A stretch of DNA of 64,000 nt from Vicugna vicugna (lineage: Eukaryota): NCBI GenBank assembly GCA_013265495.1, contig MU058198.1, positions 3,422,419 through 3,486,418 on the forward strand, given 5' to 3'. Made by a program: the position numbers and the translations under genes. The notes beneath the pieces were generated by a model that worked only from the letters and a program-made list of their open reading frames with translations, searched no databases and was not told the origin of the DNA. This document shows positions 13,340-24,536 of this stretch, piece after piece (positions within the stretch are counted from its first letter, which is position 1; every line of letters starts with the position of its first letter).

Positions 13340-16056
13340 CTGAGGAGGAGGAAGAGCAGAGAAACACATACAACCTGTTCATTAGGTACAATTATTATAA
13401 TACCCATTTCCAGAAAGGCTAAGTAACTTGGCTAATGTCACACAGCTGGAACATAGCAGAGCCAGAGACAGTCTGGGCCCCAGCCAGGCAGCTTCCAGAA
13501 CCCGCACACTTAACCACTCTGCTACATGACCCCTTACGGAGCTGCAGCAAATCCCACACCCAGTGCCAAGATGCCACCTGATGTCTTGATCCCGGCCTGA
13601 CAACTTCCTCAGAAACACTTGCCAAGACTTTAAAACTTCAATGGCTGTGACAGCTTCAGGGAGGCTGCTCCAAGTTAAAGGATACCCAAGAAACATTAGG
13701 ACCAAACTCAAGGGGCCATCCTGGTTTTGGACTGGAAACAATAAAGGGCACCACTGGGACACTTGACAAAATTAATATGGACTGTGGATTAGATAGCACT
13801 ATTGCATCAACATTAAATCTCCTAATTTTGATAATTTACACTCAGGCTATTGTGTGTTCCAGGAATATACAGCGACACTTTAGGAATAAAGGAGAATAGT
13901 GTCTGCAACTCATTCTCAAATAGTTCAGAAAAAGAAATTTTATATACACAAGTATATTATTTATCTACCTATTAAGAGAGAATGGTAAACTGAAAGTGAT
14001 AAGATGTTAAAAAATGGATGAATTTGGGTATAGGGAATAAAGAATTTCTCTGTACTATTCCTGCATTTTTTTTCCCTTATGTTTGAAATCATATCAAAGT
14101 AAAAAAAAAAAAATCCCAAACTCCACATACTGCGCTTTAGCCAAACAGCATCCCAAGTGCAAGGAAGTACCTACCGAGAGAAAGAGAATTGGGGCTTCCC
14201 GGGGCAGAGTCAGGATCCACAACAAGAGTCAACACAACCTGTAGTTGATGTGTGAGCTTACGCTGTGCTTGGGGAGCACGTGAAGTTGAGGGTGCCTGAT
14301 GCAGATGCGGGGACTGAAGAAGGGCTGACGGGCAAAGTTCAGTTGTTCATTCATTCATTCATTCAACTGCTGTTTGATGAGCAGCTATCACTAGCCAGGT
14401 GCTGGGACCCAGTGATAACTAAGTACCTTTCTGCACAGAATTACATTTCTGGTGTGTGTGTATGAGGGAAAGATAGTAAATAAAAACACATGAACCATAA
14501 TGCCAGGTGGTGGTAAATGCTATTAAAACAAACAAGCTCAGAGAACTAGGAGAGGGGGTGATTTGACATAGGGCAGCCAGGGAGTAAGACCCCAAGCCAA
14601 GTGAGGCGTGAGCCTTAGGAACACGTGGAGGGAGAGCCCTCTGGGCAGAGGGACAGATTGCAGAGATCGCCGGCAGGAGCAGCAAGAGGGAGAGGGGATG
14701 GGGGGAGAAAAGTGGCCAGAAGTCAGGTCAGCTGGGGGCAAGGTCATAGGTGGGGATGGAGTTTGGATTTTAAACTGGGACACAGGGGATGAGCAGGAAA
14801 CGGCTGGGGGAAGGGGCGCACTTCTCACAAATACTCTGGTTCTTATTCTGGGCTCCGGGTGGGAACATACTGCTCTGACTGCCTAAAGTGGGCACAGCCA
14901 TGAGATGTGCTTTAGCCAAAGGGAGGGAGCGGAAGAGACACGTCACTTCCACACGGACACGCCAAGAGCAAGTGTGTGGTTCATCACCACGTTCCCCTTT
15001 GCTGTTTCGGTGACGAAGAAGCTCAGGTTCTAGCAGCTTGGGTCTCCAGGAGACCACAGGGCACAGAAGCTCGAGGACCGACGCGGGTCACAGGGTGTAA
15101 GCAAGGGCGCAAGCTCCGGGGAGCCGCGGAGATTTCAGTGTGCTGTTACTGCAGCGTGCTCTGGCCGATCCTGACTGAGTCTGGGAAGCAACGGCAGAGT
15201 GAAAGAGGGTTCCAGACGGTGGGGACAATTCGGGTGAAGCCCCAGAGCTGGCATATTCAGCAAACTGAACGGCGTGCGTGCGTGCAGGTGTGTGTGCACA
15301 CGTGCCTGTAAGTGAGCGATGAGGCTGCAGAGTGAGGCGGCCCAGATCCCAGATGGCCTGACGTGCTTTGTCAGGGAGACTGGACTTTATCCCAGGCGCA
15401 GCGGGAGTGATGGGACAGACAACCACACCTGTCCCACTGAGGCCCGATGACAACCCCCGGCGGTGGACAGGACTGGAGGCCCACTCGCTGCCCCACTCAC
15501 TCCCCAGGAGACATACTCGTTTGGATTCAGTCAGCGGGCACCCTACGCTCTGGCTTCCAGGCGGGCTGTGAAAATGGGGAGGAGGCAGGACCAGGGTATG
15601 TGTTCCCCGGTCTCCTCTCCCCAATCATGGTGGGCTGGCTGCGTCCCTCCCTCAAAGACCTCAGCCCCTGCCAGGTGGCCCTCTAAGCCTGTCCCCTCTG
15701 GTTCCAGGTTGTGGTAACTGCTTTCCCTCCCTATGAGCTTAGGGCTGATAATGGCACCCCACGTTCATGGGCCACAGAACATGGCACCCTGCCTTGAGGT
15801 TTCCCATACTCAGCCCACACCTTTGTAAATAATCCCGTAATAAAACCTCCTCAAGCTCCCCTTTTGCAGCGTGCCATCCATTTGCTGGGACGATGCCTGT
15901 CTACACATGGACATTTCTCACCAATTCAGTTTCCTAAATCACATACCTAGACCTTCCTGGCAGGGAAACCTGGCGCAGTCAGAATCCTGACCATGCCCGA
16001 TTCTGCGCTTGGCCACTTGACAAGCTTTGGCTGATGAGACATTAGTGAAAGTGATA

Positions 16057-16171
16057 CACTTGGCCCTCCCTATCCGTGGGTTTTGCATCCGCAGATTCAA
16101 CCAATTGTACATCGAAAATATTTGGGGGAAAAAAGTTCCAGAAAGTTCCAAAAAGCAAAACTTGAATTTGC
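16057..16171. mobile_element. MER2/Tigger-family fragment
   Basis: ggccctccctatccgtgggttttgcatccgcagattcaacc terminus. Confidence 0.6.
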
Positions 16172-16319
16172 CCCTCCAGACAGCCTTCCCCTAGTGCTCT
16201 CAGACTTACTCCTCTGCAGGACACTCAGATTCTGACCATAAAGCCCCCTCTGCCCCCTCGGTGCTCTGGCTAACAGAAGCCCTGGCCCTCGCCCACCCCA
16301 AGCACTGAGGGAAACACAC

Positions 16320-16392
16320 CATTAATCCCTGTTGTTTCTGGGTCCCCAAGATGTACAGGCTGCCATCAGCTGGGTCTGAGAGAAAGGCTGTC
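16320..16392 (-). CDS. ERN2: ERN2 exon 4
   Basis: [24 protein letters not shown]. Confidence 0.95.
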
Positions 16393-16620
16393 CTGTGGGG
16401 CAGAGAGGAATGGGATAAAGTTGGATACACGCACCCTGGAGGCAAGAGGCCCCCTTTCCCTTCAACTTCCCTGCAGGTAGGTGCCCACCCTTGCAGGAGG
16501 TACCACAGGGCTCCAGACCCAAATGTCTTCCCTTACCTCCAGCATACCCACCCCTCCCAGCAACTATGGCTTCCCCATCTCCCAGCTGCCTGCTCCTTAA
16601 AAGACTGAAGGTCCACTTAC

Positions 16621-16654
16621 TCTGTGACGTACATTGGCCCTTGGATGATAGGAT
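16621..16654 (-). CDS. ERN2: ERN2 exon 3 (34 nt)
   Basis: (D)PIIQGPMYVT(E), cag|...|gtaag. Confidence 0.93.
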
Positions 16655-16714
16655 CTGCAGGAACAGGGACACAGGCATGTGCAGCTCCCTCCAGACTCCC
16701 CGTTAAAAGACATA

Positions 16715-16955
16715 CCCCATATTGGGTGCTTGCTGTGTGCCAGACGCCAAACCAAGCGTTTGACATGAGTGTGATGTTATCCTCCCAAGAACTCTGTGAG
16801 GTAGGGTCGTTATCCTTAGTCCCATTTTACAGGTGAGGACACTGAGGCTCAGAGAGGTGAAGTGACTTTCCCAAGGCCACACAGCTGGTAAGCAGCGAAG
16901 GTGCCTGCAGACACCTGCTGGTTGGATTCTAGGCCCCATGTTCTTGCCCTCTACA
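16715..16955 (-). mobile_element. MIR SINE (one of several; others near 2130, 5100, 6590, 7570, 13390, 26400, 58390, 62480)
   Basis: MIR core cccattttacaggtgaggacactgaggctcagagaggtgaagtgactttcccaaggccacacag. Confidence 0.8.
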
Positions 16956-17013
16956 CTGACCTCCCTCTGCCCCGACTCGGGGCCAAGGTGGGAGGAATGA
17001 CTGCCCTGCTTAC

Positions 17014-17119
17014 CACCCTTCAGCGTCCACTTCAAGTCCCCCGTCTGCCTGTTCAGTGCGTGGAGACTTCCATCCAGGGTGGACACGAACAGGAGGCTCT
17101 CTGGCCTGAAGGTCTGGAC
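17014..17119 (-). CDS. ERN2: ERN2 exon 2
   Basis: [35 protein letters not shown]. Confidence 0.95.
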
Positions 17120-18639
17120 CTGCAGTGGAAGCAAAGTCACCTCTTCTGAGAGGCCTGGGACCACCTTAGCCCTTGCTCCAGGCAGGGCTGGCTGTGACTC
17201 CCTGTCCCCCAGAGGGAAACAGGAAGAATGACTGGGGAAGCTGCTGGCTCTAGCCACTGATCTCCAAGACCCTAGAGAGGAGTTACGGTGGAAGCTGGGG
17301 GACCTTGGCTCCTTTACAAAAGGACTTCAGTGACGCTTACAGCCTCCCTAAGAGATCAGTGCTATTATTCACACCACTGTGCAGGGGAGGGAGGCTCATT
17401 CTCCGGAAGGTGGGGTGAACAGCCGAAAGCCACGCAGGTAACAGACAGCAGAGCTGGGGCTTGAACCACCATCTCTCTGGGTCCAGCGCTGATCACCTTC
17501 TCCTTTGCCTCACTGTCTGCTTCTCTGGGGAAGACCCATTCTGCCTCCCCAGACCAGTCCGGCTGCTTTTGGTGCCAGGCCCCAGCGGGCCCCTTGAACC
17601 AAGGCTGGTGGGGGAGGGGGGTGCACAAGGGAGGGAGGGAGGGCTGGTGCTGCCCTTACATTTGGCCCCTGCTGGGCTCCCTCACCTGCTGCAGCCCCTC
17701 CTTGAACAAACAGGGTGGGGCTGAGCTCCTAGTAGGAACCCTAACATCCGGGTGGCCCAGCCGCGCCCTTGCAAAGGCCACGTCCTGCTCTGGGACCCTC
17801 AGGTTTGGGGTGGAGCAGCGGTTCAGGAGCAGTCAGGAAACTGCCTTGTATCCCTCTCTTTCCTGGGCCTGATTTGTGATCTGCAACGTGGCAGCCAGGA
17901 GAGGGGTCTGGAGAAGACACTGCAGACTGGTTGGCCACGGTTGACCACTATCGTGTTTTTAAAATGTGGTTTTAATTAGCTACCAATTAAAAAATTGGAA
18001 CGACTTCACTTTTTAAAAAATGAAGATTTCTAATTTTTCTCATTTCTGGTCTTTATTTTTTTTCTCCTCATTTTTTCCTAGAAACACCCAATCTGGCCAC
18101 ACCGTGTTCACATTCACAGCTGGCAACCATGAGGTGAGTCCAGAGAAGTGACAGTGAGCATGGAGTGGCATGAACAGTTAGCTCTCCGATTTCATTAAGT
18201 GTTTGGGGGTTCTGAGGCTGGCGGAGTCGGCTCCAGTCCCGCCTTGGCCTTCTGGCTGCTGAAGACTGGGCTTTTCCGCTCCCAGCAGGGCTGCAGCGGA
18301 TTCCCATCCCTCGAGCTTATTTATCCCAGAGCTTGTGAATCCCAGGTCCAGTCACAGGTAAGGGGGGAGCCTTGCCATCCTCCTGAATTTGTCTGTAAAA
18401 CTGAGTGTGGGCACATTTTTCGACAGAGGACCTTTAAGATGATCATAAGTTCTAAGGAAGCCAGGATTCCAGAAATTTTAGGAGGCCTGGCTGGAAAGCC
18501 AGGGTCCCCTCGGGAGGGCTGTTCCTTCCACCCACACCCCCAGTGCTGCAGGAGGGGTGGGGTGTTGGGTCTACCTGGCATGTCTCTCCAGCTAGTGGGG
18601 TACCTGGGAACTCCCCAGAGCTAGGGGGCTTTCGCTGGC

Positions 18640-19080
18640 CAGGGGCCGACTTGGGGCATCCCGGATGCCTGGGAAGGCGGGGCGCCCCCTGTGGCCCCGC
18701 AGCGCCCCAGCCGCCTGCGTCCCGGAACCCGACCTTGCAGGCTCCCCGTCCGCCCGCTTCTCACCTGTGGCCCGAGCGTCCCCAGCAGCGCCACGAGCTG
18801 GAGCAGGAGCGGTGGCCACGGGCCAGCCCCCTGGGCCATCCTCGCCGTAGGCCGCATAGACGGCAGCCACACGGCTGGCCCGGTTCCTCGGTGCCTCCAG
18901 GGCACAACACGGCTTCCCGGGACGGAGGTGACTCCGCCCCGTGCTGGGCCGGCTGGGTGCGCAGAGGCCGGGCGCGACCTCAGCCCGCGGGCCGCCCCTT
19001 CCCCCGCCCTTCCCAACACACACCCGCATCCCGCTCCCCGTCACCCCGCGAGGGATGGCTCTGAGCTTTCCCGGAAAAGG
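18640..19080 (-). promoter_or_regulatory. ERN2: ERN2 promoter CpG island
   Basis: Dense CpG and GC boxes around exon 1. Confidence 0.8.
18765..18839 (-). CDS. ERN2: ERN2 exon 1 coding part (signal peptide); alternative ATG at 18857
   Basis: MAQGAGPWPPLLLQLVALLGTLGPQ|gtgag; AGGATGG Kozak context. Confidence 0.85.
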
Positions 19081-20568
19081 GATTGTACCAACTGAGGTCC
19101 TTCATGGGGAAGTTACCACCCGCCAAGTGTTGTGCCAAATGTGTACGTCCACCATTCACTCATTTAATCTTCACGGCATTTCCGATGTTAAAGCTCCGGG
19201 TCAGAACCCGAATTCAGATTCAGACTTCTGACCTCAAAGCTTGTGCTCTTTGTTATTAGGGTGGTGGCCTCGACTGAGAGGTGATGAAATACAGATTAAT
19301 TGGTTGACTCAGTTATTCATTCAATAAATATTTATTTATTATCCCAGCCTGGTACGCAGGAGAGACAAGGTCCTTGTTTTCGTAGAACTTACAGACTCCT
19401 AAGTGTTAGGCGTCAGACCTGCACATCAAAGTGTGCCTTGCTACGGCAGTTACAGTCTTAGCTGCAGGCAGACCTCCCGGACTGCAGGGGTCCAGTTAGT
19501 TTTCAAGCTTTGACTCAGTCATTTCTCCTTCTTCTTTGTGTAAAAAATCCCTGCTGATTTGACGATCTTGCAACCTGACTCTGCCACCATCTCCCTCTCC
19601 CCTCTTTGTCATCCTTGGCCCTCTTGGTCACACCCCCACAAGTCACTGAAGATTTTGCCAGCTGGCCCATAGCTTTCCTTTCCACCCGAGATCTTCCCAC
19701 CATCATTGGTGTCTTCGGTGTCACCTGCTCCTGCATGCTGACCCTGACCCATGCTGTAATCAGCTTGTAATCACCCAAGCTTGCTCAAGTAACCCCAAGT
19801 AAATCTTGCCTGGCTGGCATCCTCATTCCTCAGCTGTCCCGAGGGCAGGCTGCTAAGGGCTCACATGTGCCCACTTCCCTACAGAATTGCCCCTGGCAAC
19901 TGGAGCAGCCCAGTGCCCCTGCCCATGATGGGCTGACATGGGGGTACAAAAGACTGGCCCCTTTGCTTCAAGGTGGAGCCAACTCTGTGCGGTGCAATTT
20001 ATGTTCCAGAGGTCCCCGTGGGATCAGGCTGAAGCTGGTCTCCAGCTGAGACCCCTCCTTACCGTGGCTCTTCCTCTGCCCATCCTGCTTCTCTCACCCC
20101 CATTAGAGAGTTCTTTCCAACATATCACTTGAGCAAGAACCCCTGTCTCAGGCTCTGTTTTTAAGAACATCCCAAATCTAAGGCTTTCTTTAACCATATG
20201 GTCATCAAAAGCCTTGGAAAACCCAATTGGCTCATGGCAGAAAAACCTCCTTTAGAAATATGTACATCGTGGGGTCTTTGGTTCGCTTGGTTACTCCTTC
20301 GTGCTGAGCTGTTCCATTGCACTCAAATTAGCATGGAAATCCTAACTTGATAACAAAAAAATGATCGCTTGCCACTCTAGAAACCAACCCATGCTACCAA
20401 GAATGTGAATGAGCCCTCCTTTACACTTTCTGTTTTGTACACTGTACATTTATTTGTTTTGGAATGTACATTGTGTTTGTTAAGTATGCTTGGATCCACA
20501 GGAATGTCTCATGTGATAAACTTGATTTGAATAGAATACAAACTACAAGTGAACTGGAACAGATAATT

Positions 20569-20574
20569 GTGTGT

Positions 20575-20607
<33 letters not shown>
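20569..20607. repeat. (TG)n microsatellite
   Basis: Seen directly. Confidence 0.9.
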
Positions 20608-20608
<1 letters not shown>

Positions 20609-21746
20609 TGATATAAGTAATATACATTCTAGAAACTTTGCAAAACTAAAAAAAAGAAAAGAAAATTCATTCATGTTTCCACCTTCTGGAAATGGAGTAT
20701 CTCTGTTAACATTCTGTCGTATTTCCTCCAGTGTTGTTTTTCCAGTGCCTATAGGTCTGGTGGATACTGTGTTGAAATATTAACAACATTTTCCCCTCCA
20801 GAGCTTTTTTTCCCCCTGACAGCCCTTCTCCTAATCCAGCAAGGCTGCTCTGAATTTATTATCTCAGAGAAGGGATGAGGAAGCAGAAAGAGAGAAAATG
20901 AAGCTTTTTTTTTTTAACCTTTTGAGTTTTTGTATAACTCATAGCATGAACCGAGACCTAAGAGAATAAATAATGAGAGTAGAAGATTCCCCAGACACAG
21001 AGAGGAAGGAGAATAAGGAGGAGCAAGGAGTGAGAAGATGCTGCAGGTTCCTGAGAAAGGGGGACCATTCTGCAGCCCCCTTACCCCAGGACGGGACCCC
21101 ACATAGACTTGTGGGATCCGAGAGAAGGGGGATTTGTGTCTCGCTTTCTGGGTAGGCGTGCTGCGTGCTGTGTCTGGGCAGAGAGGGGACATTAGGCAGG
21201 TTCCCACTGTCCAGTGTGAGATGGAGGTGGGGGGATGTTTCCTACATGCCCGAGGGAGGGGAGAGGGAGGGAGTGAGCAGGAGGGAAAGACAATTCAGAA
21301 AGAAAAGCGGGACAAAGCAGCAGAGACCAGTAAGGACAAGAGGCAGGACACAGTGAGACCATGGGCATCTCAGGGGATGCTGGCTGGCAGAAATGATGAC
21401 AAGGACTCAACGCCCCTTGCTTCCTGGTACTATGTTAACGCCATGGAATTTAAACCCACCCTGGAGAAAAGCTGGGAGAAGCCAGATGGGAGTGAATTTC
21501 TTCCACCTGGCACAAAGGGAGCTTAAAATAAAAAGTTATATTGAGTTATAAAGACATAAAGTTGTATTTATTCACCACACCTCGGTTTGTGCTCTGCTTC
21601 TAGACACATACATAATCCAAAAGCTTTTCTCCATTCTAGCAAACGAATGGAGAAAACAGAAATAGTAATGGGAAAAATATTCCGATCATGATAATAATAA
21701 AAAGGAAATCCTTAGGAATAAATTTAACCAGAAAGGCATAGAACCA

Positions 21747-21842
21747 GGGGGGTGTGGGAGGAGTATAGCTCAGTGGTAGAATGTGTGCTTGGCGTGCACA
21801 AGATCCTGGGTTCATTCCCCAGTGCCTCTGTTATGGAAAAAA
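21747..21842 (+). mobile_element. vic-1-type tRNA-derived SINE
   Basis: tatagctcagtggtaga...gggttcattcccc A/B boxes, A-rich tail. Confidence 0.75.
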
Positions 21843-21977
21843 GCAAGGCACGGGACCTATATGAAAACTACAAAACCCTATGAAAGCTATAAAACTAAAA
21901 CAAAATATGAATACATAAAGAGATATGACCCTGTGTGGGAAGACTTAATATGATTAAAATATCAATTCCCTCTAAAT

Positions 21978-22328
21978 AAGACAGAGGAAGACAAATACTG
22001 TAAGGTATCACTTACATGTGGAATCTAAAAAAACACAACAAACTAGTGAATATAACAGAAAAGAAACAGACTCACAGATGTAGAGAAGGAACTTGTGATT
22101 ACCAGTGGGAGGAGGGAAAGAGGGGAGGGACAAGGTGGAGGTGGAGGATTAAGCGGTACCAACTCTCAGGTATAAAATAAGCTACATGATGTATTGGACA
22201 ACATGGGGAAAATAGCCAATATTCTGTAGTAACTATGAATGGAGTATAACCTTTAAAAATCTCTGAATCACTATACTGTATACCTGTAACATATAATATT
22301 GTACATCAATTTACTTCAATTTAAAAAA
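21978..22328 (+). mobile_element. 5'-truncated L1 3' end
   Basis: cacttacatgtggaatctaaaaa...tacttcaatttaaaaaa. Confidence 0.85.
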
Positions 22329-22387
22329 CATGATATTGTAAAATAAATGCATAACTAAATGAAAATGGTTAAATATGAATTCTCAGT

Positions 22388-22540
22388 GGGGGAAGGTGTA
22401 GCTCAAGTGGTAGAGTGCATGCTCAGCATGCCCGAGGTCCTGGGTTCAATCCCTGGCACCTCCCCTAAAAACAAACAAACCAACCTAATTACCTACCCCA
22501 TCAAAAAAAAAAAAAAACACAACCAGACAAACAAACAAAA
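22388..22540 (+). mobile_element. vic-1-type SINE
   Basis: ggggaaggtgtagctcaagtggtagagtgcatgctcagcatg...gggttcaatccc, poly(A). Confidence 0.85.
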
Positions 22541-23144
22541 GATAAGCTAACGAGCAATCTTAATCTTCCTTGCCATGGACCCTAACATATTCACAAATTC
22601 TGGGGATAAGGATGTGGACATTACTGGGGAGATCTTTATTCTATGTAGCAATAATCACTTCGTAAATATAAAAATGTCTCCTTTACAAACCCTGAAAAAT
22701 GCTCATCTTCACGTTAATATCTGAAAAAAAATTTTTTTAAATCAATTCTCTCTAAATTAAATCATAAGCATAATGAAATTCTGTTATTCCTATAATATTA
22801 AACTTATTCTATGATTTTTAAAACTTGGCTAAAATAGAGATTTGTATATAAGAATAATGCTTGAGAATAGTCAAGAAAAGCGTGAAAATGAAGAATAATG
22901 AGAAGGGGGTGTGTCTTATCCAGATATGTGAAACTACAATATCAATATAATTTCAGCATAAGAATTGACAAATAGAAAAATATGTCAGTTAGATCAAATA
23001 GAGAATACAGAAATATACACCAGCATATGTGAGAATTTAATAAATGACAAAGAGAATATTTAAATTTGTGGGAAAATTTAATAAATGCCTTGGCAAAATT
23101 ATCCATCAGGAAGAAAGTAAATATTTCTCATTCTTTTTAAAAAA

Positions 23145-23790
23145 ATAGATTCTATTTCTTAGAGCAGTTTTAGGTTCACAGCAAAATTGAATGGAGGATC
23201 CAGAGATATCCCATACACCTCTTGCCCCTGAATTGCACAGCCACCTCCATTACTAACATCTCCCACCAAAGTACTACGTTTGTTAAAATCCGTGAGCCTA
23301 CATTGACCTGACATTATCACCCAAAGTCCGTAGTTGACTCTAGGGATCACACTTGGGTTGTACATTCTATGGGTTTGGACAAATGTATAATGACATGTGT
23401 CCACCATTATGGTGTAGTACAGGGTATTTTCACTGCCCTCAAAATCCTCTGTTCTCTGCCTATTCATCCCTCTCTCCCCTCCAACCCCTGCAAACACTGA
23501 TATTTTTTACTGCCTCTCTAGTTTTGCCTTTTCCAGAATGTCATATTTGGAAACACACAGGATGTAGCCTTTTCAGCTGTGCTTCTCTCATTTAATATGC
23601 ATTTAAGTTTCCTTAAGTCTTTCCATGGCTTGAAAGCTCATTTCTTTTTAGCACTGAATAATAATTTCTTTGTGTGGATGTACCACAGTTTACTAGTCCA
23701 TTCACCTACTGAAGGACATCTTGGTTGCTTCCAAGTCTTCACAGTTATGAATAAAGCTGCTGTAAACATCTGTGTGCAGGGTTTTTGAGT
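23145..23790 (-). mobile_element. Old L1M 3' fragment
   Basis: Decayed ORF2 end (FTAALFITVKTWKQPRCPS) plus 3'UTR. Confidence 0.8.
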
Positions 23791-23904
23791 AGATCTTGTC
23801 AACTTTTTAAAAAAAAAATACTTACAGAAAAGTGTACAAATCATAGGCCATACAGTGAACATATCTGTTTAACCTGTAGACAGATCAAGAAACAAAATAT
23901 GATC

Positions 23905-24536
23905 ATCTCCAGAAGAAACTCTAATTTAAAAAGATAAATGCACGCCAACGTTTATAGCAGCACTATAAACAATAGCACAACATGGAAGCAACTTAGATGC
24001 CCATCAACAGATGACTAGATAAAGAAGTTTTGATACACACTCACACACACACACACACACACACAATGGAATACTACTGAGCCATAAAAAAGAATAAAAT
24101 GCCATTTGCAGCAACATGGATGGACCTGGAGATCATCATTCTAAGTGAAGTAAGCCAGAAAGAGAAAGAAAAATATCATATGATACCACTTACATGTGGA
24201 ATCTAAAAAAAAAAAGACAAAAATGAAATTATTTACAAAACAGACATAGACCTATAGACATAGAAAACAAACTTATGGTTACCAGGGAAGAAAGGGCATT
24301 GGAAGGGATAAATTGAGAGTTTAGGATTTGTAGATAATAACTACTGTATATAAAATAGATAAACAACAAGGTCCTGTTGTATAGCACAGGGAACTATATT
24401 CAATACCTTGTAATGGTCTATAATAAGAAAGAATATGAAAAGAAATATATATATATATGTATAAATGAATCACTGTGCTGTACTCTAGAAATTAACACAG
24501 CATTGTAAATCGACTCTTCTTCAATTAAAAAAAAAA
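23905..24536 (+). mobile_element. L1 3' end with internal (CA)n
   Basis: ORF2 end/3'UTR motifs, poly(A). Confidence 0.85.

Noticed and set aside
18543..19095. Overlapping 130-170 aa ORFs
   Set aside because: CpG-island stop depletion; only the ERN2 exon 1 frame is supported
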